The position numbers were made by a program, and so were the translations under genes. A DNA stretch of 62,021 nt from a virus (Duplodnaviria > Caudoviricetes). The stretch's first letter is position 1. Each line of letters opens with the position of its first letter. The notes under the pieces were generated by a model. The model was not told where the DNA came from and ran no database searches. It worked only from the letters and a program-made list of their open reading frames with translations. Positions 1-10,886 of this stretch are shown in pieces. The DNA is taken from the IMG/VR virus record IMGVR_UViG_3300030109_004637, positions 1 to 62,021 of that record; one strand, given 5' to 3'.

Positions 1-165
1 ATTCCAGCAGCAACTTTGCCACCAAAGTCAGCAAGACTTTCATCCATTTTAAAGTCAATTATATTATTTTTATATGCCTGACTTACACTTCTTATTAAAC
101 CTGCATCTGCTGCCATAATTTTATTTTTTTATTTTTATTTTATCTACCTGTGTAGCCTCCAAAAG
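1..165. repeat. Terminal overlap (left copy) of circular assembly
   Basis: ATTCCAGCAGCAACTTTGCC... matches 61853 onward with a few mismatches. Confidence 0.95.
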
Positions 166-1195
166 GGTCAAACGTGTTTCCTGAACCACCAGTTGGTCCT
201 GTGTAAAATGAACTACTAGGTCCTTCAATAGGTATATAACTATTTGGACTTAGAGTTGCATTTTCAAATTGTCCTGTAAAACCTGAAGTTTGAGGAGGTG
301 TTACACCACCTGGTATATTAGGTATTGCTGAACCCATTATTGATCCACCAGCACTAACTAAACCAGTAAAAGCATCTGCTTGCATTTGTCTCGCTGCTTG
401 CATTTGTTGGTTAGCTGCGCCAACTTGTTCAGCTGTCATACCTAACAATGTACTTCTTCTATCAAATTCCATACCTTGTACTGCAAATTCACCTCTAGCA
501 GCAGCCATTTGATTTGCTGCTTCCTGTTGAATTTGTAATTCTTGATTTCTTGTTTGAGCTTGTACTGAAGCCATTTGATTTGCTTGAGCCATACGCGCTT
601 GAAACTGCGCAGCATTTAATCCAGCAGCTTGATTTCTGCTAGCTTCCTGTGCAGTCATTGATTGTATACGAGCAGCTTGCTGTGCTTGTAATCTTTGATT
701 TGCTGTTTCTTGCTGACCAATAGAAGCAGAAGCACTTTGCAAATTTTGACTTTGTTGTGCTGCTAAAGATTGAGCTAAAGCACCTACACCACTACTACCT
801 GCTGCACCTCTTACTGAACTTAAAGTATTTGCTAATGCTTGCTGTTGTTGTTGAGCTAAAAAATCTGCCTGTTGTCTATTTACAGTTAAATCTTCAGCAA
901 CATTTTCCATTTGTGATGAAAAATTTTTTAAATTATCTGCTCTTTGTTGAACACCAACACCAAAATTTTCTAAATCTGCCGCAAAATTTTGGGCATCAGC
1001 AGCTGTATTACGCAAATTACTAAATTTGTTTTCAAATTGAAATGACTTATATAATTTCATTTGCTTATCAAAAGCATCATTAGCTAAACTTTGAGCAGTT
1101 CTTGCTCTAGATTTAGCATTTGCTCCCATTATTAATTTACCTGTAGTACCTGTTACTACCAAACCTGCACTTACACCTACTGCTAAAAAACTCAT
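140..1195 (-). CDS. Putative internal virion/ejection protein (Gln/Ala-rich, helical)
   Basis: 351 aa, long Q/A-rich helical stretch, Gly-rich hydrophobic ends; lies upstream of the 519 aa and 2870 aa genes across the circular junction. Confidence 0.6.
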   Translation of the reverse strand: MSFLAVGVSAGLVVTGTTGKLIMGANAKSRARTAQSLANDAFDKQMKLYKSFQFENKFSNLRNTAADAQNFAADLENFGVGVQQRADNLKNFSSQMENVAEDLTVNRQQADFLAQQQQQALANTLSSVRGAAGSSGVGALAQSLAAQQSQNLQSASASIGQQETANQRLQAQQAARIQSMTAQEASRNQAAGLNAAQFQARMAQANQMASVQAQTRNQELQIQQEAANQMAAARGEFAVQGMEFDRRSTLLGMTAEQVGAANQQMQAARQMQADAFTGLVSAGGSIMGSAIPNIPGGVTPPQTSGFTGQFENATLSPNSYIPIEGPSSSFYTGPTGGSGNTFDPFGGYTGR

Positions 1196-1197
1196 AT

Positions 1198-1686
1198 TTA
1201 TAATTTATTTTTATTTTTTAATAATTCTAAATCAGCTTTAGTTATTAATTGATCATTAAAATCTTTAGCTATAACTTCTTCTTCTATTTCTTTTAAATCT
1301 GTTTTGTCTGTAACTGAAACCGTTATAAAAACAGTGTCTTCATGAATATACAAAACTCTTTTAGTACCTGGTTTAGTTATACCACTATATGGTGCTTGTA
1401 TGTGTTGAACACCACTATCAGTAAGTATTGAAACTTTACCTTTCATAATAAAGTATGGATGTAACTTTTTATGTATTTTACTTATTATAATTTGACCTGC
1501 TGGCATAAATATTTCTCTAATATAACATCCATCACCAAAACTATGTTTTAATGGATTTATTTTATTAGCTTCTTTTCCAGTATAAGCTAAACCTGTATCT
1601 AATATTTCTTGCTCAAAATCTAATACTTTTTCTCTGTATTTATTTATATGATTTAGCGATTTTTCTTTTTGTTTTTTTAATTTCAT
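1198..1686 (-). CDS. Cupin-fold protein
   Basis: HSFGDGCYIREIFMPAG...KIHKKLHPYFIMKGKV...PGTKR cupin-like pattern. Confidence 0.6.
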   Translation of the reverse strand: MKLKKQKEKSLNHINKYREKVLDFEQEILDTGLAYTGKEANKINPLKHSFGDGCYIREIFMPAGQIIISKIHKKLHPYFIMKGKVSILTDSGVQHIQAPYSGITKPGTKRVLYIHEDTVFITVSVTDKTDLKEIEEEVIAKDFNDQLITKADLELLKNKNKL

Positions 1687-1698
1687 TAAATTTAATAT

Positions 1699-1727
1699 TA
1701 TAATTACACTATTGTGTTATTATTTAC
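1699..1727 (-). promoter_or_regulatory. Putative late promoter GTAAA-N13-GTGTAATTATA
   Basis: Same motif and spacing at 12981-13009, 25757-25785 and 30140-30168, each upstream of a late-arm gene. Confidence 0.55.
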
Positions 1728-2082
1728 TACTTTCTGATATTTGTGATCCAACTTGATATAATTCAACTTCACTTGTAGATTCATTTTTCATTTCAACTTC
1801 AGCATAATAACCTACTAAAGAAGACAAGTTAGCTTTATTGTCTTTACTAAAAAAATAATAATAAGTATTATTAGGTGCAGTAGTACCTGAAACAAGTGTA
1901 AAAGTTACTTGATTTACAGTACTACCTGATCCATCATCTTCACTAGTAACACCAACTACAGTACCAATTTCTACAGGTGTTCCAGTTACATTATTAGTTA
2001 TTGTAGCATAATAAACTGTATCACCTATTTGTAAAGATTTATTAACTGGTTTTGTAAATGTTAAAGTTATTGTTTTTGCCAT
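1720..2082 (-). CDS. Small beta-rich tail-associated protein
   Basis: 120 aa Thr/Val-rich ORF directly after the giant tail gene. Confidence 0.55.
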   Translation of the reverse strand: MAKTITLTFTKPVNKSLQIGDTVYYATITNNVTGTPVEIGTVVGVTSEDDGSGSTVNQVTFTLVSGTTAPNNTYYYFFSKDNKANLSSLVGYYAEVEMKNESTSEVELYQVGSQISESSK

Positions 2083-2090
2083 TTTTTAAA

Positions 2091-5000
2091 TTATTCAGGA
2101 TTTGACACCGTTACACTTATTGATATACTTAAATCATCGCCAAGCTCTACGGCGGTATTAGTTAACATATCATAATCAAACTTTACTTCTTGAACACCTA
2201 CAACTGGTGAAGGTTCACTAGCACTCATATTAGTACCATCAGGATTAACAAACTGTACATTACTTATACTTGAATTATCAAAATGACTAGAAACACTTAA
2301 CGCAACTGTTGTTTGATTTTGAGTATTACCATTACCTTCAAAGAAAACTCTACCACTACCTGCTACAGTTTGGTTATCTGCTAAACCAATAGCAATTAAC
2401 TTTTTATCTAGTTTAACCTTAGTAATATTAGCGTTACTATTTGCTTCATCTATTAGTCCTTGTAATAAAATACTACTACTACTACTAGCTGAAGGAGTAC
2501 CACCATCTGCTGTTATATTTAAAAACTTACTCCAATCAAGAGTTGATGTTACATTTTGTGATCCATATTTTTTAATATTTAATGTACCAGTTAAAGTATA
2601 TACATCAGTAGTAGTACCAATATTGCCTTTTATATTTGAATATTCAACCTCCCACTCATTTGGTGGATTAAAAGTTATAATATCTCCAACTGCAACAAAA
2701 TCTGATACAGGAGTAAAATTAGCTAAATTAACACTATTATCAGCAATAATTGCTTCAAAACCAGTACCTGAAGAGTTTTGTCTTCCAGTTATTTTATCAC
2801 TTACAGATATACCACCATTTTTAGAACCACCAGAAATAATACTTCTAACACTACTTTGTTTTAAATAAGCATTTGTATGAGTAAGAGAACCCGCAACAAT
2901 ATTTCCAACTCTAAGTGTTTCGGTAAATCCTATTGTTAGTGTACCAACAGATGAAACTGTTCTTGTATCTGGAGAAAATTGAAAATCATCAGGCTCAGGT
3001 TGTCTTTGTTCTGATAAAAATTTAGTACCATCAGTGGTTAATGTCATTGAAAAATTAGTGATAGCAGATTTAGATAATTCTTTTGGTCTACTAAATGAAA
3101 TACCCGTTACTGTAATGTCTGCTGAATCATCAGAATTAGAAAAAGGAGTTGAAGTTATTGTCCAAGTAGATTTTATAGATTGATCTACAGAAACAGGATT
3201 ATCACCATTAAAATCAGTTGCTAATGATGTTTCTTCTAATTTTTCAACTTCATAATTAAAAGTTCTTGCAACACTTGTACTAGGATATTGAATAGGTATT
3301 GAATATACACCTGTATTAGGTATTGTTAAATCTATTGGCTGTGATAAAGTACCACTAGAAACAAAATTTTTACCATTCCAAAAACTATTAAATTTTAAAA
3401 TTTCACCTTCGTCTGTAGTAATAGGTTTACTTGTTGTTATTATAGTATTTGCTACAAAAGTCAAAGTTTCATTAGTTCTACTTGCAACGGGATTAGCACT
3501 TAATTCAAATACAGTATCACTTGTTACAGAGGCAACAACAACTTTATTATCTAAGCCATCATTAGTATTGTCTGCTACAACAAACATACCTGCTTTTATT
3601 TTACCATTATCATCATCATGTGTTACAGTAGCATCACCACTACTATAATCACACGTAGCATCTGTAAAACTAGAATTTAATTCTACAGATGAAACTGTAG
3701 TACCTGCAGGTACAGTTGGTCCTTGTACTAATGCTTCATCTATTAAACTTGAATTAGCTTCTTCTAAAACAATATTTGTTTTATTAGAATAAGCGGCTTG
3801 AGCAATACCAGTTGTAAATCTTTTTAATCTAAATTTAGCTCCTTCTTTACCAAAAACTCTTATAAATCTAGTTTCACCCTTTCCACCAATAGTAGTTTTA
3901 GACATTTGCATGCCAGTTATTTCATTTGGTACATCTAAAAAAGCAGGAGTTGCATGTGCAGTTAATAATAAAGTATCTTCAGTAGGATTATTTGTACTAA
4001 AAACATAATAAACTTTTAATGTAACAACTGAAGGAAAAAAGCTTAAAACAGTAGAACCAGATATCGTTGCAGCTGTATCTAGTGTTAAATTAACACCACT
4101 TATACTAGCAACTTTTGTATTAGAAGATATTCCATTACCAGTTACTACCATTCCAACAGCTATTAAATCATTAGAACCAGTAAGTACAACATTTATATTA
4201 TTTCTTACTATATTACTTTCATTTACTGTTGCTGTTGTTGAAACAAAATCATTACTACTAGTGTATTCACTAAACGTACTTTCATCTTGATCTATAACAT
4301 CTAGTGTTGGAGCAGACCTAAACTCAAAACCAGCATCTGCTGTAAATGTTTTAGATATTATCTCTGTGCCAAATCTTAATATAGTATCATCAGGTATTGT
4401 AGCACTTAAATCAGCACCTGTACCATCTTTAATATTTAAAGCAGTAAAGTTTATTGACTTTACAAGTGCATTATCAGGAACACCTGAACCTATAATAGCC
4501 ATATTTTCAAATATTTTATTAGATGAAATGCTTATTGCAGCATTATTACTTATAGTCTGGGCATTTGTTACACCTACTGAAGCTTGATCACCATCACTAG
4601 TTGTAGCAAATTGAGTGTCTTTAGAACTTATTGCTACACCAAAATTTAAATCTTCATTATCAGATAAAGTTACATTTTTAGATAACACTGGTGCACTTTG
4701 ACTACTAGCGTTTGTAACAGTAATTAACTCAGATATTCCACCACCAGTAACAACCATGCCACTAACTATAGTACCTGAATTATTATCTACATTAACAGTT
4801 GAAGAATCACTAACATTTCCATTTACTTTAGCTGTAACTGTAGTAACACCAGTTCCGGTAATGGTATCTCCAACGGAAATAATTTCATTATTAAATATAT
4901 TATCTAAAACTAAACTTGTAGTTGAACTAGCAGCAGTTTGCATTAATGCTGACTTTTCAGGATGTAAAACTGGTGAGCTGTCTGTACTTAATCCATTAAC

Positions 5001-8000
5001 TCTTGCATTTAAATAATAATCTCCAGTGCCACTATAACCAAAATTGTAAAGAGAAGAAGTAGTTGTATTTTTTTCATCTGTACTAAACGTACCTGTTACT
5101 GTATATTTTAATGGCTTTGCAGTTCCTCTAATATCAATATTTATTGTTGTACTTTGTGCAAGTGCAAGAGTATCTAATATATCTACAGTTACTATAACAG
5201 TATTACCTACAGTTCCTGCAGTACCTGAATTTGTTATTGAAGAAATAACACCACCTTGAAGTTTATTTGAATCATCTGTAGCAACACCAGAAGCACTAAA
5301 ATCAGATGCTGATACAACAAAACCTGCATTTGGTGTTATAGTAAAAACAGAATTACTAAGACTAGAACCAACTTGTGCATCATGCGTTAAATCAGTATAA
5401 GTAACTGTACTAGTGTCTAATGTAGCATTATCTAAATCTCCATCATTACTATCAACTACATTAAGAGTATGAGTGTTTATTCCATTGTCACCTACAGTTG
5501 AAGGTATACCTAATCCTTGAATAGAAAATTCTTTTGTATCTATATTAGATGATGTAGTATTATCTCCTAATATTTGATTAAACTTAAAATTTTCTTTTTC
5601 TTTAAAAAATCTAACACTACCAGTTTGTTGATCTGTAGTTATAGAGTCAGCAAACCACCCTTTTGTTTCTGTTTCTACTAATGTAGATATAGTATTTGGA
5701 GTTAATCCCTCTTTTTTAATAAATTCTAATTTAGTTCCTGCACCATAAGCAGGTTTAAAGTTAATGTTAGTATCATTACTTATTGTATTTGGATTAGATA
5801 AAACTATAGTTTTTTCAGTTCCAGCATTAGTTCCTCCATCTGTTATACTAACAATTGTACCTAAACCCGAACCATCATCTTTTTCAACAATATCTCCAAT
5901 TGAAATATGAGCATCAGTAGCAGTAGAAGTAGATGAAAGAAAAATATTATTAATTTCTACAGTGGTTTGTCCATCAGTTATACTTGAGCTTCCAATTGTG
6001 TGAGCTTTGCTATGATAATCACCACTAGTAGCATCTCTTCCATAAGTATATTTTCTGGAATCACTACCTTCATAATTTAATGTTTTAAAACTCTTAACAC
6101 TTTGTGGAAAGTCATTAAATATAAATTTAATAGATGAAGCATATGCTGTTCCATAAAAAGTATTTCTTACTGTATTGTCGTGAGAATATAAATCTCCATT
6201 TTTATAAGTATAATAAATGTTATTTAATGAAAATCCAGCTTCAGGTATAAAAGACTTAAAACTAGTCCATCCATCAACTCTTTCATCAAAACTTAATGTT
6301 TGATTATTTAAAGTTATATTGTATGATCCTCTATTTTCGTCATAACTACCTATAACATCACTAGATGACGCTAGATTGTCTCTAAAGAAGTCTGTCATAC
6401 CTTTACTAGATATTTCTGTTAAACCATCTCTAGACAACCTTAAAACAGCTCCTCTGGCTTTGTCTGAAAAGTATATTCTAAAAGCATGTGACGCAAAAGA
6501 CTCAGGATTTTGAGATATACCGTATTCACCAACGTATGGCATTGCCTGACCTAAAACTCTATTTGTAGCTGTTAAATTAGTATTGCCATCAGCATTAAAT
6601 AAAGCATCTTTATTTGCTAAAATTTTTAAAACTTTATCTTCACAAAATGTTATTAAATCAGCATCTCTAGAAAATATTTTTTGTATAGTTCCGTATTCAG
6701 GATTTATATCTTTTGTTATAGGTAAAGCTTGAATAAACTGATTTAATTCATTAATACCTGAAATAGAATTAAATATACCTGAAAATATAAAGCTATTTGT
6801 CTTTTGTTCTTCTTTATAATCAGTATCTATAGTAGTAGAAACTATTGGACCTTTGTCTATAAATGGTGCATTAAAATCATCTTTTATTCTATTAGATTCT
6901 ACACCATTACCGAAAGAAAAACAATTAAACCAATTTAAAGAATTTTTTTGACCATGCACTTGATTGTCTGCTAATACAACAGATGTAGCCGTAGAAACAT
7001 CTCCACTAGTAGTTACTGTAAAACTATATATATTTTTTTCATCTGTAAATGTTAGTGTTGTACCACTAGACATTGTTCCATTAGTATTGTTTAATAATTC
7101 TATATTACTACCATCTACTACTGAACTAACAATATTAGAATTACCAGATCCTACGTTTGTTCCAGTAACTGTCATACCTGCTTTTATAATAGGTAATGCA
7201 TCACTTGCTTCATGATATATATCTAAACCTTCACTTGTTTTTGGTTCTGTTTCAAATATAGCAGGATTATCAGAACTTATTTTTTCATCATTTATTTTTA
7301 CATTTTTTCTTATTAAAGATATTTTATTTATTCTACCAAGCTGTTCTGAGCTAACTACATTTTTATTAAATGGATCATCATATAATTGACCTGTTTCATG
7401 ATTTTTTATAAAAACTTTATAAAGCCTTCTTTTACCACTAATTAATCTTTTTTTGTAAAATTCACTAGATCTAAATTCTGAAGTAACACTACTACCAGTT
7501 ACTTCATAAACTTCACCTTTTTCACCGTTTTCATTACTAAAACGAATTAAAGCACCAGGTTTTGTTATTTCTGTTATAAAAGAATTAACATTTATAGTTA
7601 AATCATCTTCTAAAGTATTAACTTTATTGATATCAATACCAGCATAATAAAACTTAAAAAATTTTGAACCTGTTTCAGGATGAGATTCTGAAAAAGTTGT
7701 TGTAGCTACTCCATTTAATACACTAACTGGTGTAAACTCATCTTCAAAAGTATCACCCCAAGCTAAATCTTGTTTTGGTTTTTCTTCACCTAATTCACTA
7801 TCTGAAAAATCATTAGGTATATTCAAAAATATTTTTTCACTTCTAAAATCTTCATATGAAGATGTTATTGAAGGAAATGCTTCTATTATATTTTTATCTA
7901 ATATAAAATCTCTATTAATTTTTACAAAAAATCTACCAAAAAATTCTGCCTTTGGTTTTATTTCTTTAGAAAATATTGTTATTTGTATTTCTGAGTTTTC

Positions 8001-10883
8001 AGATACTAAAGTTGAACTAAATACTCTAGAATCTGTTTCATCTAAAGGATTAACTAATTCTACTTCATAAGTATTACCACTACTTGATAAACCTCCATTT
8101 AATATTTCATATTTTCTAGAAATTTTTGCTGGTGCAGCTAAAAATGTTAAATCAACATTATCAGCTATTGATTGTCTAGAACTAAGCACTAAACTTGTTT
8201 GAGACACTACTTCTTTAACTGTAACATCTCCTGATATACCTGTACCAGTAACAGTATCACCCACTCTTATAGTACCTACATTATTATCTACTAATAATTC
8301 TAATTTATTTGATATTAATCCATTTACTTTTGCTGTTGGATTTTTTCTATCAGGTATGTCTGTAGATATTTGAATTTGATTACCACTTATAAAAGATTCA
8401 GTAAAACTTGGATTTTTAGTAGCCTCAGGTCCATTAAACTTAAAAAAATTAGAACCAACTGTTGGTTGATTATTAGATAATGTTGTACAAACAGCCTTAC
8501 CTTTTGATAATAATTCTTCAGAAATAAAATTAGGTGCTTCATTAGATATATCTAATATTTTATACCTAGCTTCTTCAGATACAAAATCATTACCATCATG
8601 TTTTTTCTTTAAAATTAAATATGTTTCTTCATCAACTTTATTTCTTTCAGATGAAGGAAAAGATAACCAAATATTACCATCTTCAGAAAAATAAAATTTA
8701 TCAAGTGGTATATTATAATATTCGCTAGAAGTTTCTTTTACAAAAAACTTATAGTGTGTGGCCCAAGTAGGTGCGTTATTTTTCAATTCAGCTACTATAG
8801 TATTTTTACTTTTGCCAAAAATTTTAGGTAATCTTATAGATGAATTATTTGAAGAAAAAACTGGAGTTTCTCTACCATAAATATCAGAATATGTTGCACC
8901 AATTTGATAATTTCTTAATGATTTTACTGACTTTTGAGGAGTAGTAGAAAGGCTAAAAGTTAATACTGTATTTTGAGGAATAAAACTATTATAAAAAACA
9001 TAACCATCACCTGTTTTTATTAATTTTTTAAAAGATGGTGTTATTTTACCTTCTAATTCTAATTGTGTTCCTAATATGCTTTTTACAAAAGTACTTTCAC
9101 CTACTCCATCACCTGTAACTAACATGCCTTTTTCTATTAAATTATTTTCAGCAGATAAGGTTACTATATTATTAGCACCAATATTAGAATTTAATACAGT
9201 TGCAGTTGTTTTTTTATCTGAACTTGTTTGATTTACACTTGCTTCAACATCAGGTACATTTTGTTTTATTAAATCATATCCTTGCAAGTAGTTTGCAAAA
9301 ACAAGTCTATTAGCTATAATTTCTTGAGTTTTAGCTTTTTTAGGTACATTATCATAAGGTCTTAACAATTGATTTGATTCTAAAACAAAACCAAAATTTT
9401 CTGAGTTAACAGAGTAAGTTGTTTCTCTAGACTTTAAAGTATCTATAACGTAAACAGAGTTACTTACTGAATCTTTTAATAGTATTTCAACAAACTCAAC
9501 TTCTTCAGGTTGAGTATCAAAATCAGATAATGCAAGTGTTCTTAGTGAATTAATCATACCAAGATTATTACCATCATCGTTTTCATACAAAAATTTACTT
9601 GGCAAAAAAGCTACTTCAGAAAAAGGTGAAAAAGTTGAGTATTCTCCTTCTTTATACTTCCATCTATAAGCAAAACGTACAAATACTTCTTTAAATAATG
9701 GATCTTTTTCTTCAAGAGTTGCTGTCCAATCAACAGATCCTAAATCAGGCAAGTCTAATGGTATTGTTTGTATACTACATTGAGCTGAATAAGTATTAGA
9801 ATCTACATAACCATCTGTTATAATTTCTGAATTTATTAAACCAATTATTTTTAATGTAATTTCATATTTAGTTTCTTCTGTATTATCAGAACTGTTATGT
9901 TGTAATACTATAATATCATTTTTAATAAAATTAGCTTTAGGTCTAAAATTTAAATTAATCAAAGAACCTTGTGTCAAAGCAGATCCACTACTATAAAAAT
10001 CTTGTTTAACTGATATAGGAGTACCACCTAAAATACCAAAAGAACTTTGAGTTCTTTCTGTACTAGACATTGTTAACGTAGGAGCTTTTAAAGGTGATTG
10101 TTTAATTACAGTAATATCTTTTTCTGTAAAATCTGAATTATTAATTTGAGTGTGATAATTAAAAGTGCTAGATCCTTGTTTAAATTTTGATATTTTTATT
10201 TTTTTTGGTTCAGTTTGATTATCTGTCCAAAGCAATAAACCATTTAAAACATTTGCACTTATTATAGGATAAGTTGTACTGTATTTTAATATATTATTTT
10301 TATCAACTAATACTGGAGATATTTCTCCTGTTAAAGTATCAAATTCTGCAATACAACTAATAATTAATTTAAAAGTTAGTAAAGTATTGTCAGCAAGAGT
10401 TGTATTATTAGATAATGTTATATTATTTTGATCTGTTACTGTTGTTACTGTTGTTGTACCTACAACACCACCACCAAAAGCTTTCATACCAACAACTATA
10501 GTACCTGAGTTGTTATCTAAAACAGGAGTATTGTCTGTAGAAGCACCATTAACTTGTGCTGTAGCGGTAGCTTCTGAAGATATAAACCAATATACTTTAT
10601 TATTTTGAGGATCTGCAACATATCCTATACATTTAGGATTTGTTAAATCTTTTATTGAGGACGAAGAACTACCCCAATTAGTTAATAGGCTTGTACTATT
10701 GTCAAAGCTTCTTCCATCTTTTAATGTATTACCTAAAACATTTTGTACAGATCCTACATTAGATCCTTCAGAAGTAATTATTTCTATATTCTGGGCATCT
10801 CTATATTCACCATTAGGTACAATTCTTTCGTCAAGATCTTTATTCATTCGACCTCTACGAAAGTGATGTTTTATATCTGCCAT
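2091..10883 (-). CDS. Giant tail tubular/stabilisation (nozzle-like) protein with repeated beta-domain insertions
   Basis: 2930 aa; N-terminal GRMNKDLDER...YRDAQN motif, RFAYRWKY and GWTSFKSF core motifs; follows two ring-protein genes. Confidence 0.7.
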   Translation of the reverse strand: MADIKHHFRRGRMNKDLDERIVPNGEYRDAQNIEIITSEGSNVGSVQNVLGNTLKDGRSFDNSTSLLTNWGSSSSSIKDLTNPKCIGYVADPQNNKVYWFISSEATATAQVNGASTDNTPVLDNNSGTIVVGMKAFGGGVVGTTTVTTVTDQNNITLSNNTTLADNTLLTFKLIISCIAEFDTLTGEISPVLVDKNNILKYSTTYPIISANVLNGLLLWTDNQTEPKKIKISKFKQGSSTFNYHTQINNSDFTEKDITVIKQSPLKAPTLTMSSTERTQSSFGILGGTPISVKQDFYSSGSALTQGSLINLNFRPKANFIKNDIIVLQHNSSDNTEETKYEITLKIIGLINSEIITDGYVDSNTYSAQCSIQTIPLDLPDLGSVDWTATLEEKDPLFKEVFVRFAYRWKYKEGEYSTFSPFSEVAFLPSKFLYENDDGNNLGMINSLRTLALSDFDTQPEEVEFVEILLKDSVSNSVYVIDTLKSRETTYSVNSENFGFVLESNQLLRPYDNVPKKAKTQEIIANRLVFANYLQGYDLIKQNVPDVEASVNQTSSDKKTTATVLNSNIGANNIVTLSAENNLIEKGMLVTGDGVGESTFVKSILGTQLELEGKITPSFKKLIKTGDGYVFYNSFIPQNTVLTFSLSTTPQKSVKSLRNYQIGATYSDIYGRETPVFSSNNSSIRLPKIFGKSKNTIVAELKNNAPTWATHYKFFVKETSSEYYNIPLDKFYFSEDGNIWLSFPSSERNKVDEETYLILKKKHDGNDFVSEEARYKILDISNEAPNFISEELLSKGKAVCTTLSNNQPTVGSNFFKFNGPEATKNPSFTESFISGNQIQISTDIPDRKNPTAKVNGLISNKLELLVDNNVGTIRVGDTVTGTGISGDVTVKEVVSQTSLVLSSRQSIADNVDLTFLAAPAKISRKYEILNGGLSSSGNTYEVELVNPLDETDSRVFSSTLVSENSEIQITIFSKEIKPKAEFFGRFFVKINRDFILDKNIIEAFPSITSSYEDFRSEKIFLNIPNDFSDSELGEEKPKQDLAWGDTFEDEFTPVSVLNGVATTTFSESHPETGSKFFKFYYAGIDINKVNTLEDDLTINVNSFITEITKPGALIRFSNENGEKGEVYEVTGSSVTSEFRSSEFYKKRLISGKRRLYKVFIKNHETGQLYDDPFNKNVVSSEQLGRINKISLIRKNVKINDEKISSDNPAIFETEPKTSEGLDIYHEASDALPIIKAGMTVTGTNVGSGNSNIVSSVVDGSNIELLNNTNGTMSSGTTLTFTDEKNIYSFTVTTSGDVSTATSVVLADNQVHGQKNSLNWFNCFSFGNGVESNRIKDDFNAPFIDKGPIVSTTIDTDYKEEQKTNSFIFSGIFNSISGINELNQFIQALPITKDINPEYGTIQKIFSRDADLITFCEDKVLKILANKDALFNADGNTNLTATNRVLGQAMPYVGEYGISQNPESFASHAFRIYFSDKARGAVLRLSRDGLTEISSKGMTDFFRDNLASSSDVIGSYDENRGSYNITLNNQTLSFDERVDGWTSFKSFIPEAGFSLNNIYYTYKNGDLYSHDNTVRNTFYGTAYASSIKFIFNDFPQSVKSFKTLNYEGSDSRKYTYGRDATSGDYHSKAHTIGSSSITDGQTTVEINNIFLSSTSTATDAHISIGDIVEKDDGSGLGTIVSITDGGTNAGTEKTIVLSNPNTISNDTNINFKPAYGAGTKLEFIKKEGLTPNTISTLVETETKGWFADSITTDQQTGSVRFFKEKENFKFNQILGDNTTSSNIDTKEFSIQGLGIPSTVGDNGINTHTLNVVDSNDGDLDNATLDTSTVTYTDLTHDAQVGSSLSNSVFTITPNAGFVVSASDFSASGVATDDSNKLQGGVISSITNSGTAGTVGNTVIVTVDILDTLALAQSTTINIDIRGTAKPLKYTVTGTFSTDEKNTTTSSLYNFGYSGTGDYYLNARVNGLSTDSSPVLHPEKSALMQTAASSTTSLVLDNIFNNEIISVGDTITGTGVTTVTAKVNGNVSDSSTVNVDNNSGTIVSGMVVTGGGISELITVTNASSQSAPVLSKNVTLSDNEDLNFGVAISSKDTQFATTSDGDQASVGVTNAQTISNNAAISISSNKIFENMAIIGSGVPDNALVKSINFTALNIKDGTGADLSATIPDDTILRFGTEIISKTFTADAGFEFRSAPTLDVIDQDESTFSEYTSSNDFVSTTATVNESNIVRNNINVVLTGSNDLIAVGMVVTGNGISSNTKVASISGVNLTLDTAATISGSTVLSFFPSVVTLKVYYVFSTNNPTEDTLLLTAHATPAFLDVPNEITGMQMSKTTIGGKGETRFIRVFGKEGAKFRLKRFTTGIAQAAYSNKTNIVLEEANSSLIDEALVQGPTVPAGTTVSSVELNSSFTDATCDYSSGDATVTHDDDNGKIKAGMFVVADNTNDGLDNKVVVASVTSDTVFELSANPVASRTNETLTFVANTIITTSKPITTDEGEILKFNSFWNGKNFVSSGTLSQPIDLTIPNTGVYSIPIQYPSTSVARTFNYEVEKLEETSLATDFNGDNPVSVDQSIKSTWTITSTPFSNSDDSADITVTGISFSRPKELSKSAITNFSMTLTTDGTKFLSEQRQPEPDDFQFSPDTRTVSSVGTLTIGFTETLRVGNIVAGSLTHTNAYLKQSSVRSIISGGSKNGGISVSDKITGRQNSSGTGFEAIIADNSVNLANFTPVSDFVAVGDIITFNPPNEWEVEYSNIKGNIGTTTDVYTLTGTLNIKKYGSQNVTSTLDWSKFLNITADGGTPSASSSSSILLQGLIDEANSNANITKVKLDKKLIAIGLADNQTVAGSGRVFFEGNGNTQNQTTVALSVSSHFDNSSISNVQFVNPDGTNMSASEPSPVVGVQEVKFDYDMLTNTAVELGDDLSISISVTVSNPE

Positions 10884-10886
10884 ACT

